DNA of 64,000 bases from positions 240-64,239 of the forward strand of contig CAYYMP010000002.1 of NCBI GenBank assembly GCA_964472915.1, read 5' to 3'. Both the position numbers and the translations under genes were made by a program. Below the pieces are notes generated by a model that saw only the letters and a list, made by a program, of their open reading frames with translations, did not search any database and was not told the DNA's origin. Numbering within the stretch: position 1 is the first letter of the stretch; each line of letters begins with the position of its first letter. The stretch comes from an uncultured Dehalococcoidales bacterium (lineage in GTDB: Bacteria > Chloroflexota > Dehalococcoidia > Lucifugimonadales > Lucifugimonadaceae). Below are positions 49,392 to 58,322 of the stretch, piece by piece.

Positions 49392-50168
49392 GTGGGCATC
49401 GCAGAGCCTTTTGGCGTCACGCTTGATCTGTGGCAAACATTGATCTTTGAAGCCGATGGAAGCGCGAATTCGGGAGTTCGTCGAGATCTGCGAACCGAGC
49501 GTACGGTCAAAGGACTTGCAGAGCACGGAATTGACGTCGATCGAGAAGCGGTCAAGACCCAGTTCACCAAACTGTCGGTCGAAATCACCTCGGGTCACGA
49601 CGACGGTGTAGACAGGCATTTTGAGAAATGGATTCGACTCCTTATTGGTCGGTTAGTTCCAGGAGCGGAAGAAAAGATCGGTCTGGAAGCGATCGACGCA
49701 ATAGGTGTGGAAATTGATCGGACATTCGTGGTTTCACCGCCGCATTTTCTCGATGGAACACATGAGGTATTGCGACAGTTGCGAGATCGAGGAGCGAAGG
49801 TCGGCCTAATTTCGAATACCGGATTGACCAGTCAGGACATGTACCGAGAGTGGTTCGAGGTCACCGGAGTTCTCGATCTGTTCGACACCACCACATTCTC
49901 GAACGAGCAGGCAGTATCCAAGCCCAACCCGGCGATTTTTGAAGCGTGCATAGACGGACTGGGTACGAAATCAGCGAACACCTTGCACGTTGGCGACAAC
50001 ATGCACACTGATGTTGCTGGCGCAGCCAGGTTAGGGATGTCGACAGTATGGGTCGAAGGCGGGACCAACTCACCGGTCCAGACTGACGTATCGCCGGACT
50101 ACTCAGTAGCCTCCATCTTGGAACTTCCCGAGATTCTCGATCGATGGCTGAAAGACAGCAGCGACTAG
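49392..50168 (+). CDS. HAD family hydrolase
   Basis: LDLWQTL, ISNT, KPNPAIF, HVGDN..TDVAGA. Confidence 0.88.
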   Translation: MGIAEPFGVTLDLWQTLIFEADGSANSGVRRDLRTERTVKGLAEHGIDVDREAVKTQFTKLSVEITSGHDDGVDRHFEKWIRLLIGRLVPGAEEKIGLEAIDAIGVEIDRTFVVSPPHFLDGTHEVLRQLRDRGAKVGLISNTGLTSQDMYREWFEVTGVLDLFDTTTFSNEQAVSKPNPAIFEACIDGLGTKSANTLHVGDNMHTDVAGAARLGMSTVWVEGGTNSPVQTDVSPDYSVASILELPEILDRWLKDSSD

Positions 50169-50890
50169 CTGTAACGCCGTCTAAGGAGTCTGGTGATTCC
50201 GAAGATCAGTGCGAAATCCACGATCGTCAGCGCACCGATGAACAGTGTCGCCTCGAAGAAGAACTGCTGCGGGAACATGATCACCAGGTAGTCGGTGCGC
50301 GGGTCTAACAGCCAAAGGTCGTTGGCAAAACTAAGGAAGTGGAACTGGGTGAATACCCATCCGAAGTTAATTAGCGACGCGATTCCAAAGACCAGCAAAA
50401 ACGCACCTGTCCCGATTGCTGACCACCTGAGTGATCTTGCAAGCAAATCTGGGAATTCTTTCCTTAGTAGAAGTGCCCCTGCGACAGCCAATACAAGAAT
50501 CGATAGTCCAGACCACACGACGATCGAGAAAACACCTTTCATTAGTGCTTTGACGTCGATCATGTGAAGGATTTCGCGCTCGTTGTACAGCGAAACCTCG
50601 GTGTTGCCAAAATTCACCCGCAAGTCGAGACGTTCGGAATCATCCCGGAAATATTCCTTTATCTGGTTAGCACCACGATTTAACTCGCTGGCGGGCAGAC
50701 CAGTGCGATTTTCAATGTCGTTTCGCCACCACCCGTAGCTGTAGAGCCATTCGCTGTGGGTGATGTAGGTGACGTTGAAGAGGATCAGGAAAAGTGGGAG
50801 CAGGATGGCGAACAAAACACCGCCGCCGATTAAAAATCTTTTCGACGTTGATGAGGAACCCGGGGAATTTGGTGACCTTGAAATTGCCAT
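50165..50890 (-). CDS. TIGR01906/DUF1461 membrane protein (lipoprotein intramolecular transacylase Lit-like)
   Basis: EILHMIDVK, FTQFHFLSFANDLWLLDP...MFPQQFF; four TM segments. Confidence 0.82.
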   Translation of the reverse strand: MAISRSPNSPGSSSTSKRFLIGGGVLFAILLPLFLILFNVTYITHSEWLYSYGWWRNDIENRTGLPASELNRGANQIKEYFRDDSERLDLRVNFGNTEVSLYNEREILHMIDVKALMKGVFSIVVWSGLSILVLAVAGALLLRKEFPDLLARSLRWSAIGTGAFLLVFGIASLINFGWVFTQFHFLSFANDLWLLDPRTDYLVIMFPQQFFFEATLFIGALTIVDFALIFGITRLLRRRYS

Positions 50891-50979
50891 GGCTCGTTAG
50901 GATACGTGCCATTGAATAGTTAGGCTCGGTGTGAAAAGGCTCAACATCGGAGGGTTAAGTGGATAACAATCCCGTAAAA

Positions 50980-51753
50980 ATGACTGAATCGGCGAAATTA
51001 GCCGGAGAGGCGTTTGCTGAGCTCGTTGCGACGATTGAGACGTTACGTGACCCCGGAGGCTGCCCCTGGGACGCCGAACAAACCCATGAATCCCTTCGTC
51101 CGAATCTCCTCGAGGAAACATACGAGGCGTTAGAGGCGATTGAATCCGGTGACCCGTCCGGTATCGAAGAAGAGCTAGGCGACATTGCCACCCAAATTGT
51201 CTTCCATGCCGACATAGCTCGAAGAGTTGATGGATTTACCTCAGCGACGTTGATGAATGCTGTGCGCGAAAAACTGATCCGGCGCCACCCTCATGTTTTC
51301 GGAGATGAGGACTCAGCGGAATCCTCAGGGGATGTTGTGGATCGATGGGAAGCCTTGAAGCGCGCGGAGTCAGGTGGCAATAGATCAATAGTTTCGTCGC
51401 TCCCTTCAGCTATGCCAGCGCTGGCTTACTCATCGTCTGTGCAAAAGCGTGTGATGCGTGCTGGACTTCCGTGGCCCGAAAAACACGCGATTCCTCAAAT
51501 GTTCGGTACGGATCTTGAAGAGTCGGACGAAGAAAAGGAAATTCGGGCAGGCGAGCTGCTCATGGCTATGGTTCGACAAGTCCAGGCTGTTGGGGTTGAT
51601 GCGGAAACTGCGCTTCGCAAAGCGACGCTCGGGCTTCGTGATCACGTTTTACGGGCGGAAGAACTAGCAGGCGATACTGCACTGGCAGATCTAAAGCCAG
51701 ACGAACGCACCCGAGTCTGGGATCAGACGGAATTAGCTTCTACCGACGAATAA
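50980..51753 (+). CDS. mazG: MazG family NTP pyrophosphohydrolase
   Basis: LRDPGGCPWD.EQT, EETYE, EELGD, KLIRRHPHVF; second domain degenerate; start 50959 or 50980. Confidence 0.9.
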   Translation: MTESAKLAGEAFAELVATIETLRDPGGCPWDAEQTHESLRPNLLEETYEALEAIESGDPSGIEEELGDIATQIVFHADIARRVDGFTSATLMNAVREKLIRRHPHVFGDEDSAESSGDVVDRWEALKRAESGGNRSIVSSLPSAMPALAYSSSVQKRVMRAGLPWPEKHAIPQMFGTDLEESDEEKEIRAGELLMAMVRQVQAVGVDAETALRKATLGLRDHVLRAEELAGDTALADLKPDERTRVWDQTELASTDE

Positions 51754-52792
51754 CCACGCTGGTGCCGGACTGCGTTGTTACTTTCCCGATTACTGAACTA
51801 TGAAGTGAACTATTAGTAACTAATTGCTTGATTAATGCATTCGAACGTTCTTCAGGGACTGAGATGAGTAGTCCTCCAGAAGTCTGAGCGTCGGCGAGCA
51901 ACGAGAACTCAACGTCCGTGATTCCATCATCGACATTCACAGACGACTTGACCGCTTCTGTATTTCTCGCCGTTCCACCTGAGATGTAGCCATCTTCTGC
52001 GAGTTGTTTTGCTCCAGGCAGTAGCGGGATCGAGTCCACATTGATTTCCGCTGTGGTCCCGCTTGCTTTCATCATTTGAGACAAGTGACCAAGCAAGCCA
52101 AAACCAGTGATATCCGTGGCGGAATTAACACCGACCTCGATCATGGCTTCGGAAGCTCCCTTGTTCAAGGCCGCCATTGATCGGACGGCTTCATCAACTA
52201 CCTCTGCGGGAACGGTTCCAGCTTTTCCAGCTGTCGTAATTACGCCCGAACCGATTGCCTTGGTGAGTATGAGAACATCGCCAGGTTGAGCGTTTGCGTT
52301 GGTGATTTCTTCACCGGGAGTCACGATGCCCGTCACAGCCAAACCATACTTAGGTTCTTTGTCATCGACGGTGTGACCACCAACGATCAGGATCCCGGCT
52401 TCCTCTGCTTTTGCCTGTCCTCCTTCGAGAACCTTCGCAATTACATCTGACGGAAGTTCTCGCGGGAATGCAGCGATGTTCAACGCCGTAATAGGACGTC
52501 CGCCAACTGCGTAGACGTCACTTAGAGCGTTTGCCACTGCTATTCGACCGTATTCAAACGGGTCGTCGACTATGGGAGCGAAGAAATCTACCGTCAGAAC
52601 GAGAGCGACGCGATCGTCTAACCGGTAGATCGCGGAATCATCTCCGGTTTCATTTCCGACCAGGACATTGGGGTCCTTCAAGGTCGGTTTTGGCAGCTTG
52701 CCCAAGACCTGGGCAAGTTCACTCTGACTGAGCTTGCCAGCTCAACCAGCGCATGATGCCAGTTCAGTTAGGCGAATTGGTTTGTCGCTCAT
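51740..52792 (-). CDS. selD: Selenophosphate synthetase, Sec-containing
   Basis: ATG 52792: MSDKPIRLTELASCAG-U-AGKLSQ, in frame with ORF 51740-52705 (DDSA, TVDFF, NALSDVYA, GGHT, TDITGFGLLGH, QTSGGLL). Confidence 0.93.
52697..52717 (-). promoter_or_regulatory. Candidate SECIS of selD
   Basis: CTTGCCCA-ggtct-TGGGCAAG perfect 8-bp stem, loop 32 nt after the UGA at 52744-52742. Confidence 0.65.
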
Positions 52793-53030
52793 AGCCCTAG
52801 AATCGTGTCATATCCTAGTTGCGATGCAAATGGCATGACATTGCGTAAGTGGCATGCCCGTATGCGGATTCTCAGCTAACTGCTTCGCTACGTTTGATGT
52901 GCGCACTAACAAATTGATGCCAAACAAATTGACGGTACGAAGCGCACCATCGACAATTGACTCTTCCGAACATTTCCACCGCGACAAAGTCGCGGCGTTT
53001 CAATCTATAAGACCTAGAAACTTCGCTCAG

Positions 53031-54356
53031 ATGACCAGTATTCCTGAATCCGATCTACTACCAATCACAGCTGAACTTGGCGATTCAGGGCGACTGAACA
53101 TCGGCGGATGCGACGTACGTGATCTCGTAGCTGAGTTTGGTAGTCCGCTGTATATCTACGACGAGGCAACGCTCAGGCACATGTGCCGAGATTTTGTAGG
53201 CAGCTTCACCAATGAGTACGAACGTTCCCACATCGAATACTCCTCTAAAGCCTTTGCAAACCCGGCAGTGTCAAAAATCGTCGAAGAAGAAGGACTCGAA
53301 ATGGATGTCGTCACGGGCGGAGAACTCGCCGTGGCGATCGCGGCCAACTTCCCGTCCGAGCGGCTGAATTTCCATGGAAACAACAAAGGGCGAGAAGAAC
53401 TAACCGAAGCAGTGAAGTACGGGATTGGTCGAATAACGATCGACTCGTTTGCTGAGATAGATCTACTCGATGAAGTCGCGCAGGAGTTGGGGGTGAAGCA
53501 GACAGTCATGCTTCGCCTCTCACCGAGCATTGACCCGCACACGCACTTGCTTACTACGACCGGGATCCTCGATTCAAAGTTTGGTTTCTCAATCGAGACC
53601 GGAGACGCAGAAAAAGCTGTTGAGCAAGCTATGTCTCGCGAGGGTTTGGATGTGGAAGGCCTGCACTTCCATCTAGGTTCGCCAATATTCGAATTGGAGC
53701 CTTATTCGGAAGCTATCGACTATGTACTAGGTTTCGCCGCCCAAATGCGAGACAAGTACGGACTTGAGTTGAAGAGGTTTAGTCCCGGTGGTGGTTTCGC
53801 TATTGGGTACGTAAACGATCAGCTACCGCTCGAGATGGCCGACTACGCACGTGAAATTGCTACATCCCTGCGAGAAGGGTGTGACAAGTACGGCTTAGAC
53901 GAACCAGAGTTGGTTGTTGAGCCGGGCAGGGCCATTGTTGGTCGTTCCGGCGTTGCCGTGTACACGGTGGGCGGAATCAAGACCATCCCGGGGGTCCGGA
54001 CATACGTCAGCGTCGATGGCGGGATGGGTGACAACATTCGCCCTGCGCTTTACGAATCTGAGTATGCCGTGGTACCTGTGGACAACCCGCTTGCAGATCG
54101 AGACGTTACCGTCACGGTTGCCGGAAAATTCTGCGAATCTGGTGATGTACTCGCTCGCGACGTTGATTTACCCGATCCGCAAACTGGCGATTTGCTGGCA
54201 TTGCCAGCCTCTGGTGCCTACTGCCTGATGATGGCAAGCAACTACAACATGCAGACTCGACCCGCAGTTGTCATGGTCAACGACGGACAAGCCAGGTTGA
54301 TTAGGCGACGAGAAACATATGCCGACCTACTCGCTTCGAGCATGGGGCTCGACTAG
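53031..54356 (+). CDS. lysA: Diaminopimelate decarboxylase
   Basis: FGSPLYIYD, YSSKA, SKFG, HFHLGS, EPGRAIV, KFCESGD, GAY; ATG 53031 preferred. Confidence 0.95.
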   Translation: MTSIPESDLLPITAELGDSGRLNIGGCDVRDLVAEFGSPLYIYDEATLRHMCRDFVGSFTNEYERSHIEYSSKAFANPAVSKIVEEEGLEMDVVTGGELAVAIAANFPSERLNFHGNNKGREELTEAVKYGIGRITIDSFAEIDLLDEVAQELGVKQTVMLRLSPSIDPHTHLLTTTGILDSKFGFSIETGDAEKAVEQAMSREGLDVEGLHFHLGSPIFELEPYSEAIDYVLGFAAQMRDKYGLELKRFSPGGGFAIGYVNDQLPLEMADYAREIATSLREGCDKYGLDEPELVVEPGRAIVGRSGVAVYTVGGIKTIPGVRTYVSVDGGMGDNIRPALYESEYAVVPVDNPLADRDVTVTVAGKFCESGDVLARDVDLPDPQTGDLLALPASGAYCLMMASNYNMQTRPAVVMVNDGQARLIRRRETYADLLASSMGLD

Positions 54357-54359
54357 CGA

Positions 54360-55475
54360 ATGGTGACCGATCTAAAAGCTCCTGTTGTTGGATGGCAAAC
54401 GTTCGGTCACCCCGGCGCGACTAATTTTCTTTCGCGGTCCAGCCAAATTGGACGAACGTCCCACGCGTACCTGATCACCGGTCCAGACAAGGTTGGAAAG
54501 ACCACCCTGGCATTAGATATCGCCGGGATGGTGAACTCTGAACCGGTTGTCGACATGTTCGGCACTGCCGACAACATCGATTTACAAAGTTCGCACCAGG
54601 CTGATCGAATACGACGGGGATTGCACGCTGATGTTCGGTTGATCAATCCCAAAACCGAACTTGATGGCGACAAGAAATCGGACATCGATAGGCGCACGAT
54701 GATTTCGATCGATCACGTTCAGGATGTGATCGAAAAGTCGTATATAACTCCGTTCGAAGGCAACAAGAACGTATTTATATTCGAAGGTGCCCACCGAATG
54801 GTTGAGGCTGGCTTTAACGCCATTCTCAAAACTCTCGAAGAACCTTCCGATGACACGGTGCTCATACTCACGTGCCAGTCGCCCGACCAACTACCCGAAA
54901 CTATCGTATCGAGGTGTCAACGGATAGAACTGAGACCAGCGACGTCGGAAGTCATCGCCAGTTCTCTGATCGAAAGATACGAAGTTGAACCTGAGTTAGC
55001 AGACAAGATCGCTCGACTTTCAGCCGGAAGACCGGGATGGGCAATCGATGCGGTTAATGATTCAACAATCCTCGACGCCCACAACCAGGCTGTACTTCGA
55101 TTTGCTGAAGTGACAGTAGGGAACGTCGAAGAACGGTTTAGATACGCCCGCCAAACAGGTGGACAGTTCAGGCGAAACCGTGAAGAAGTGCTGCTTGAGA
55201 TGGATCGCTGGTTAGAGTGGTGGCGAGACGTCGCTATGATCAGTCACGGCGTAGGCGAAAGTGTCGTCAACCTCGAATGGTCGGAGTTGTTAAGGCAAAT
55301 AGCAAAGCCGCTCAAAAAAACTCAGGTTGCACAGGCTGTGCGCGTCATTCAGGACACGAAGAAAGCACTCGTTGCAAACGCAGCGGCACAACTCACATTT
55401 GAGGTAATGATGCTCGATATGCCGTGGGTAGATCCGTCAGGCGTACCAGCGCTCAAATTTGACGACGACGAGTAG
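54360..55475 (+). CDS. holB: DNA polymerase III delta' subunit
   Basis: HAYLITGPDKVGKT, HAD, NAILKTLEEP, TIVSRC. Confidence 0.9.
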   Translation: MVTDLKAPVVGWQTFGHPGATNFLSRSSQIGRTSHAYLITGPDKVGKTTLALDIAGMVNSEPVVDMFGTADNIDLQSSHQADRIRRGLHADVRLINPKTELDGDKKSDIDRRTMISIDHVQDVIEKSYITPFEGNKNVFIFEGAHRMVEAGFNAILKTLEEPSDDTVLILTCQSPDQLPETIVSRCQRIELRPATSEVIASSLIERYEVEPELADKIARLSAGRPGWAIDAVNDSTILDAHNQAVLRFAEVTVGNVEERFRYARQTGGQFRRNREEVLLEMDRWLEWWRDVAMISHGVGESVVNLEWSELLRQIAKPLKKTQVAQAVRVIQDTKKALVANAAAQLTFEVMMLDMPWVDPSGVPALKFDDDE

Positions 55476-56042
55476 CTAGTCGCCCGCCGCCATAACCATT
55501 CCGTTCATCGCAGCCGGGCTGGAGTCTGGAGCCATCCACGGCACGTACGGGAGCCATGTGTCCTTCAGTGAACTCAATTTCAGGAACGAATACGGGTTCG
55601 GTCGTGGCTCGTAAGGCTTGTTACGAAGCTTCATTCCAGCTTCTAGAGGGGTGCGTCCGGCTTTGCGGTGGTTGCACGGCTTACAGGCGCTAACCACATT
55701 CGTCCAGGTGAACTCTCCGCCTTTGCAGCGCGGTTCAACATGGTCGATGGTCATATCTTTCGGGCGGGATCCACAGTACTGGCAGGAAAAATTGTCTCTC
55801 GAAAAAACCTCGTACCGAGACATTTTTCTTCGCTGCACAGGGCGCTTCACCATGTAGACGAGTCGAATGACTTCCGGCTTCTCGAAAATGTCGCTCACAG
55901 TGTGAACGTAGTCACCCGACTCGTGCAGAGATTCAGCTTTGCCTTTACCCACGAGCTTAACTGCCCTGCGAATGTCGCAGATATTGAGCGGTTGGTAGTT
56001 CTGATTGAGCACCAGTACTGGTGCTCGGGTGCTATCGCTCAT
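55476..56042 (-). CDS. Stand-alone HNH endonuclease
   Basis: VLVLNQNYQPL, RDNFSCQYCG, TIDHV.P...GG...NVVSACKPCNHRK. Confidence 0.9.
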   Translation of the reverse strand: MSDSTRAPVLVLNQNYQPLNICDIRRAVKLVGKGKAESLHESGDYVHTVSDIFEKPEVIRLVYMVKRPVQRRKMSRYEVFSRDNFSCQYCGSRPKDMTIDHVEPRCKGGEFTWTNVVSACKPCNHRKAGRTPLEAGMKLRNKPYEPRPNPYSFLKLSSLKDTWLPYVPWMAPDSSPAAMNGMVMAAGD

Positions 56043-56087
56043 ACCGCCTCATAGCAGTTGCGGCATTCCAGCCGCGTTAGTTACTCG

Positions 56088-56732
56088 TTAAGCGTCATCA
56101 TGATCAATTGCCTGCTCCAACCGGTCGAGCGCAAGCCCAAACTCTTCTGGGGCATAGTCAATTACGAAACTTCGAAGGTTCAACAACGTTGGAACCAGCT
56201 GAGACTCTACCAACCACGTGCGACCATTCTCACGTCCGAGATTTTCAGCGTAAGCTATGGTTCGTCCGGTGATTTCGTCCTGGAGTCCCTGAATTCCGTC
56301 AGTAACGATGTCGTTCACGGATATCTCAGATGCTGCAGATGCTTCGTTCTCAACGAACGAGTATCGAGCGAGCACTGTGGTGATTCCGCCGGCAATCAAT
56401 ACACCGGCGACCAGACCAATGACCAGTCCACCGAGACTGTCGGTCCAGCCGAGCATGGTGACTTTGAGAGCTCGCTTGATGATCCCAGCGACAATTCGTC
56501 CGGCGATAAACACACCGACAAAGATGATCACGTACCCAATTGCAGTGGAGAGTGCTTCGCTTTCAACACCGTCCCAGATTGTTGCAAGCACCCTGCCAGC
56601 GAACAATCCGCTGAGGAACAATCCGACGTAGATAACGACGGCGTTTACAACCGCGTTCACGAGTCCGGTTTTGTAGCCCCAAAGCGCGCCAATGACGATT
56701 GCAGCTACGAGTACCCAATCGAGTACGTTCAT
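56088..56732 (-). CDS. CvpA family membrane protein
   Basis: MNVLD...GYKTG, DSLGGLVIG; four TM segments. Confidence 0.82.
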   Translation of the reverse strand: MNVLDWVLVAAIVIGALWGYKTGLVNAVVNAVVIYVGLFLSGLFAGRVLATIWDGVESEALSTAIGYVIIFVGVFIAGRIVAGIIKRALKVTMLGWTDSLGGLVIGLVAGVLIAGGITTVLARYSFVENEASAASEISVNDIVTDGIQGLQDEITGRTIAYAENLGRENGRTWLVESQLVPTLLNLRSFVIDYAPEEFGLALDRLEQAIDHDDA

Positions 56733-56943
56733 ATTTATAAGCTCTCCACTAAGCCGTACGAATCACACGATTTATAAGTGAATATCACTCGTCTAGTGTT
56801 ACTAAATCGGTAATAACTCGTATTTTTCGGGTGAACGGGATTCTAGCAGTACGTAATTAAGCTATGCATCAAGACGGAGTTCTAGTCAGGTGCTCATCAG
56901 ATGACTCCGAACTGTTTCGCGCAACTAACTAACCTGGGTAAAT

Positions 56944-57624
56944 ATGACAGCTGACGTTCCAACAATAGCCATTGATGGTCCTGCCGGATCAGGCAAAACG
57001 AGCGTTGGAAAAATGGTCGCTGACCGTCTTGGATATAAATTTCTCGATACGGGCCTCATGTACCGCGTCGCAACTTGGATTGCTCTAGAGGCAGAAGCAA
57101 ATCTGAATGAGCAAGACTCGATTATTTCTGTGGTCGAATCATCGTCGATAGATGTGGGTGTCAATTCAGAAGGACAATCCACGATTTCGGTTGACGGAAC
57201 TGATCTAACTGACCATTTGCACACTGTTGAGATAGACAGCTCAGTTTCTACCGTTTCGGCGATTCCAAGAATCAGGGAAATAATGGTTGCCGAGCAGAAA
57301 AAAATGGCGGGAAACGGTGGAATTGTGATGGTCGGGCGGGATATCGGCACGGTTGTGGTACCTGACAGCCCAATCAAGATTTTCCTAACCGCTTCTGCCG
57401 CAACACGTGCAAAGAGGCGATTCGAGGAGTTCGGATCGGCGGGAGAACAGGTTGAGTTCAACGAAATCCTTGCATCAATCGAACAACGTGACAAGGTCGA
57501 CACTTTGAGAACGGACTCGCCTCTCCGCCCCGCGGACGATGCTGACGTCATTGAAACCGACGACATGAGCCTGGAGGAAGTGGTTGCCAGGGTGATGGAA
57601 CTCGCCACGGAGATGATGTCTTGA
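56944..57624 (+). CDS. cmk: Cytidylate kinase
   Basis: IAIDGPAGSGKT, LDTGLMYR, GRDIGTVV, RAKRR. Confidence 0.96.
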   Translation: MTADVPTIAIDGPAGSGKTSVGKMVADRLGYKFLDTGLMYRVATWIALEAEANLNEQDSIISVVESSSIDVGVNSEGQSTISVDGTDLTDHLHTVEIDSSVSTVSAIPRIREIMVAEQKKMAGNGGIVMVGRDIGTVVVPDSPIKIFLTASAATRAKRRFEEFGSAGEQVEFNEILASIEQRDKVDTLRTDSPLRPADDADVIETDDMSLEEVVARVMELATEMMS

Positions 57625-58322
57625 AGCAGTGGCTTTTTAGACCATGTAACTTCGGATTCAGGACCACCCTCAAATGGTTTTCCGATTTCAAGATCGAAGG
57701 GAAAGAAAACCTACCTTCCGATGGTCCGCTGCTTGTTGCTCCCAATCACCTGTCGAACCTGGACCCTGCAATTGTTGCTTCGGTGGTCCCAAAGCCGCCG
57801 GTATTTCTTGCCAAAAAGGAGCTGTTTAAAGTTCCGCCAGCGTCATTTCTCCTTCGCTCGTACGGGGCGTATCCAGTGGACCGTAGAAGTGCGGATATGC
57901 GTGCATTGAACTGGATTACTAACAAATTAGTTAACGAAGACCGTATTGCGATCATGTTTCCTGAGGGAACTCGTAGCAAAGAAGGTGGACTGTTGCGAGG
58001 TCAACCTGGCGTTGCTTTGTTGGCGATAACGACGGGTGTGCCGGTAGTGCCGTTCGCATTGACGGGTTCTGAGAATCTGCAAAATGTGATGCGAGTATTC
58101 AAACCGACCGCTGACATGACGCTCAGGATCGGCAAGCCTTTCAAGGTGAACGAAAAATGCGAGCGACCTTCCAGGGCGGGTATCGCGAGGGTGACCGAAG
58201 AAATAATGATTCGGATTGCTCGATTGATGCCTGAAGACAAATGGGGGCACTACACTGATACTGCCGATAAAGAGTTCGTAGTGACTTCTGAGCACGTGCC
58301 AGAAATTGGAAGGTCCAATTAA
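57621..58322 (+). CDS. plsC: 1-acyl-sn-glycerol-3-phosphate acyltransferase
   Basis: NHLSNLD (HxxxxD), AKKEL, FPEGTRS. Confidence 0.9.
   Translation: MKQWLFRPCNFGFRTTLKWFSDFKIEGKENLPSDGPLLVAPNHLSNLDPAIVASVVPKPPVFLAKKELFKVPPASFLLRSYGAYPVDRRSADMRALNWITNKLVNEDRIAIMFPEGTRSKEGGLLRGQPGVALLAITTGVPVVPFALTGSENLQNVMRVFKPTADMTLRIGKPFKVNEKCERPSRAGIARVTEEIMIRIARLMPEDKWGHYTDTADKEFVVTSEHVPEIGRSN

Noticed and set aside
52793-53030. Lysine riboswitch, or the 59-aa N-terminal extension of LysA
   Set aside because: No L-box core or terminator recognisable; the extension looks non-homologous, so ATG 53031 is preferred.
55476-56042. Defence system or mobile homing endonuclease
   Set aside because: Common stand-alone HNH type; no methylase, intron or other defence genes adjacent.
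56058-57608. Long antisense ORFs (56058-56777, 56925-57608) and similar ones elsewhere
   Set aside because: Shadows of cvpA, cmk and other real genes, with no motifs of their own.
58200-58322. glmS ribozyme
   Set aside because: The glmS start overlaps the plsC stop, leaving no leader.
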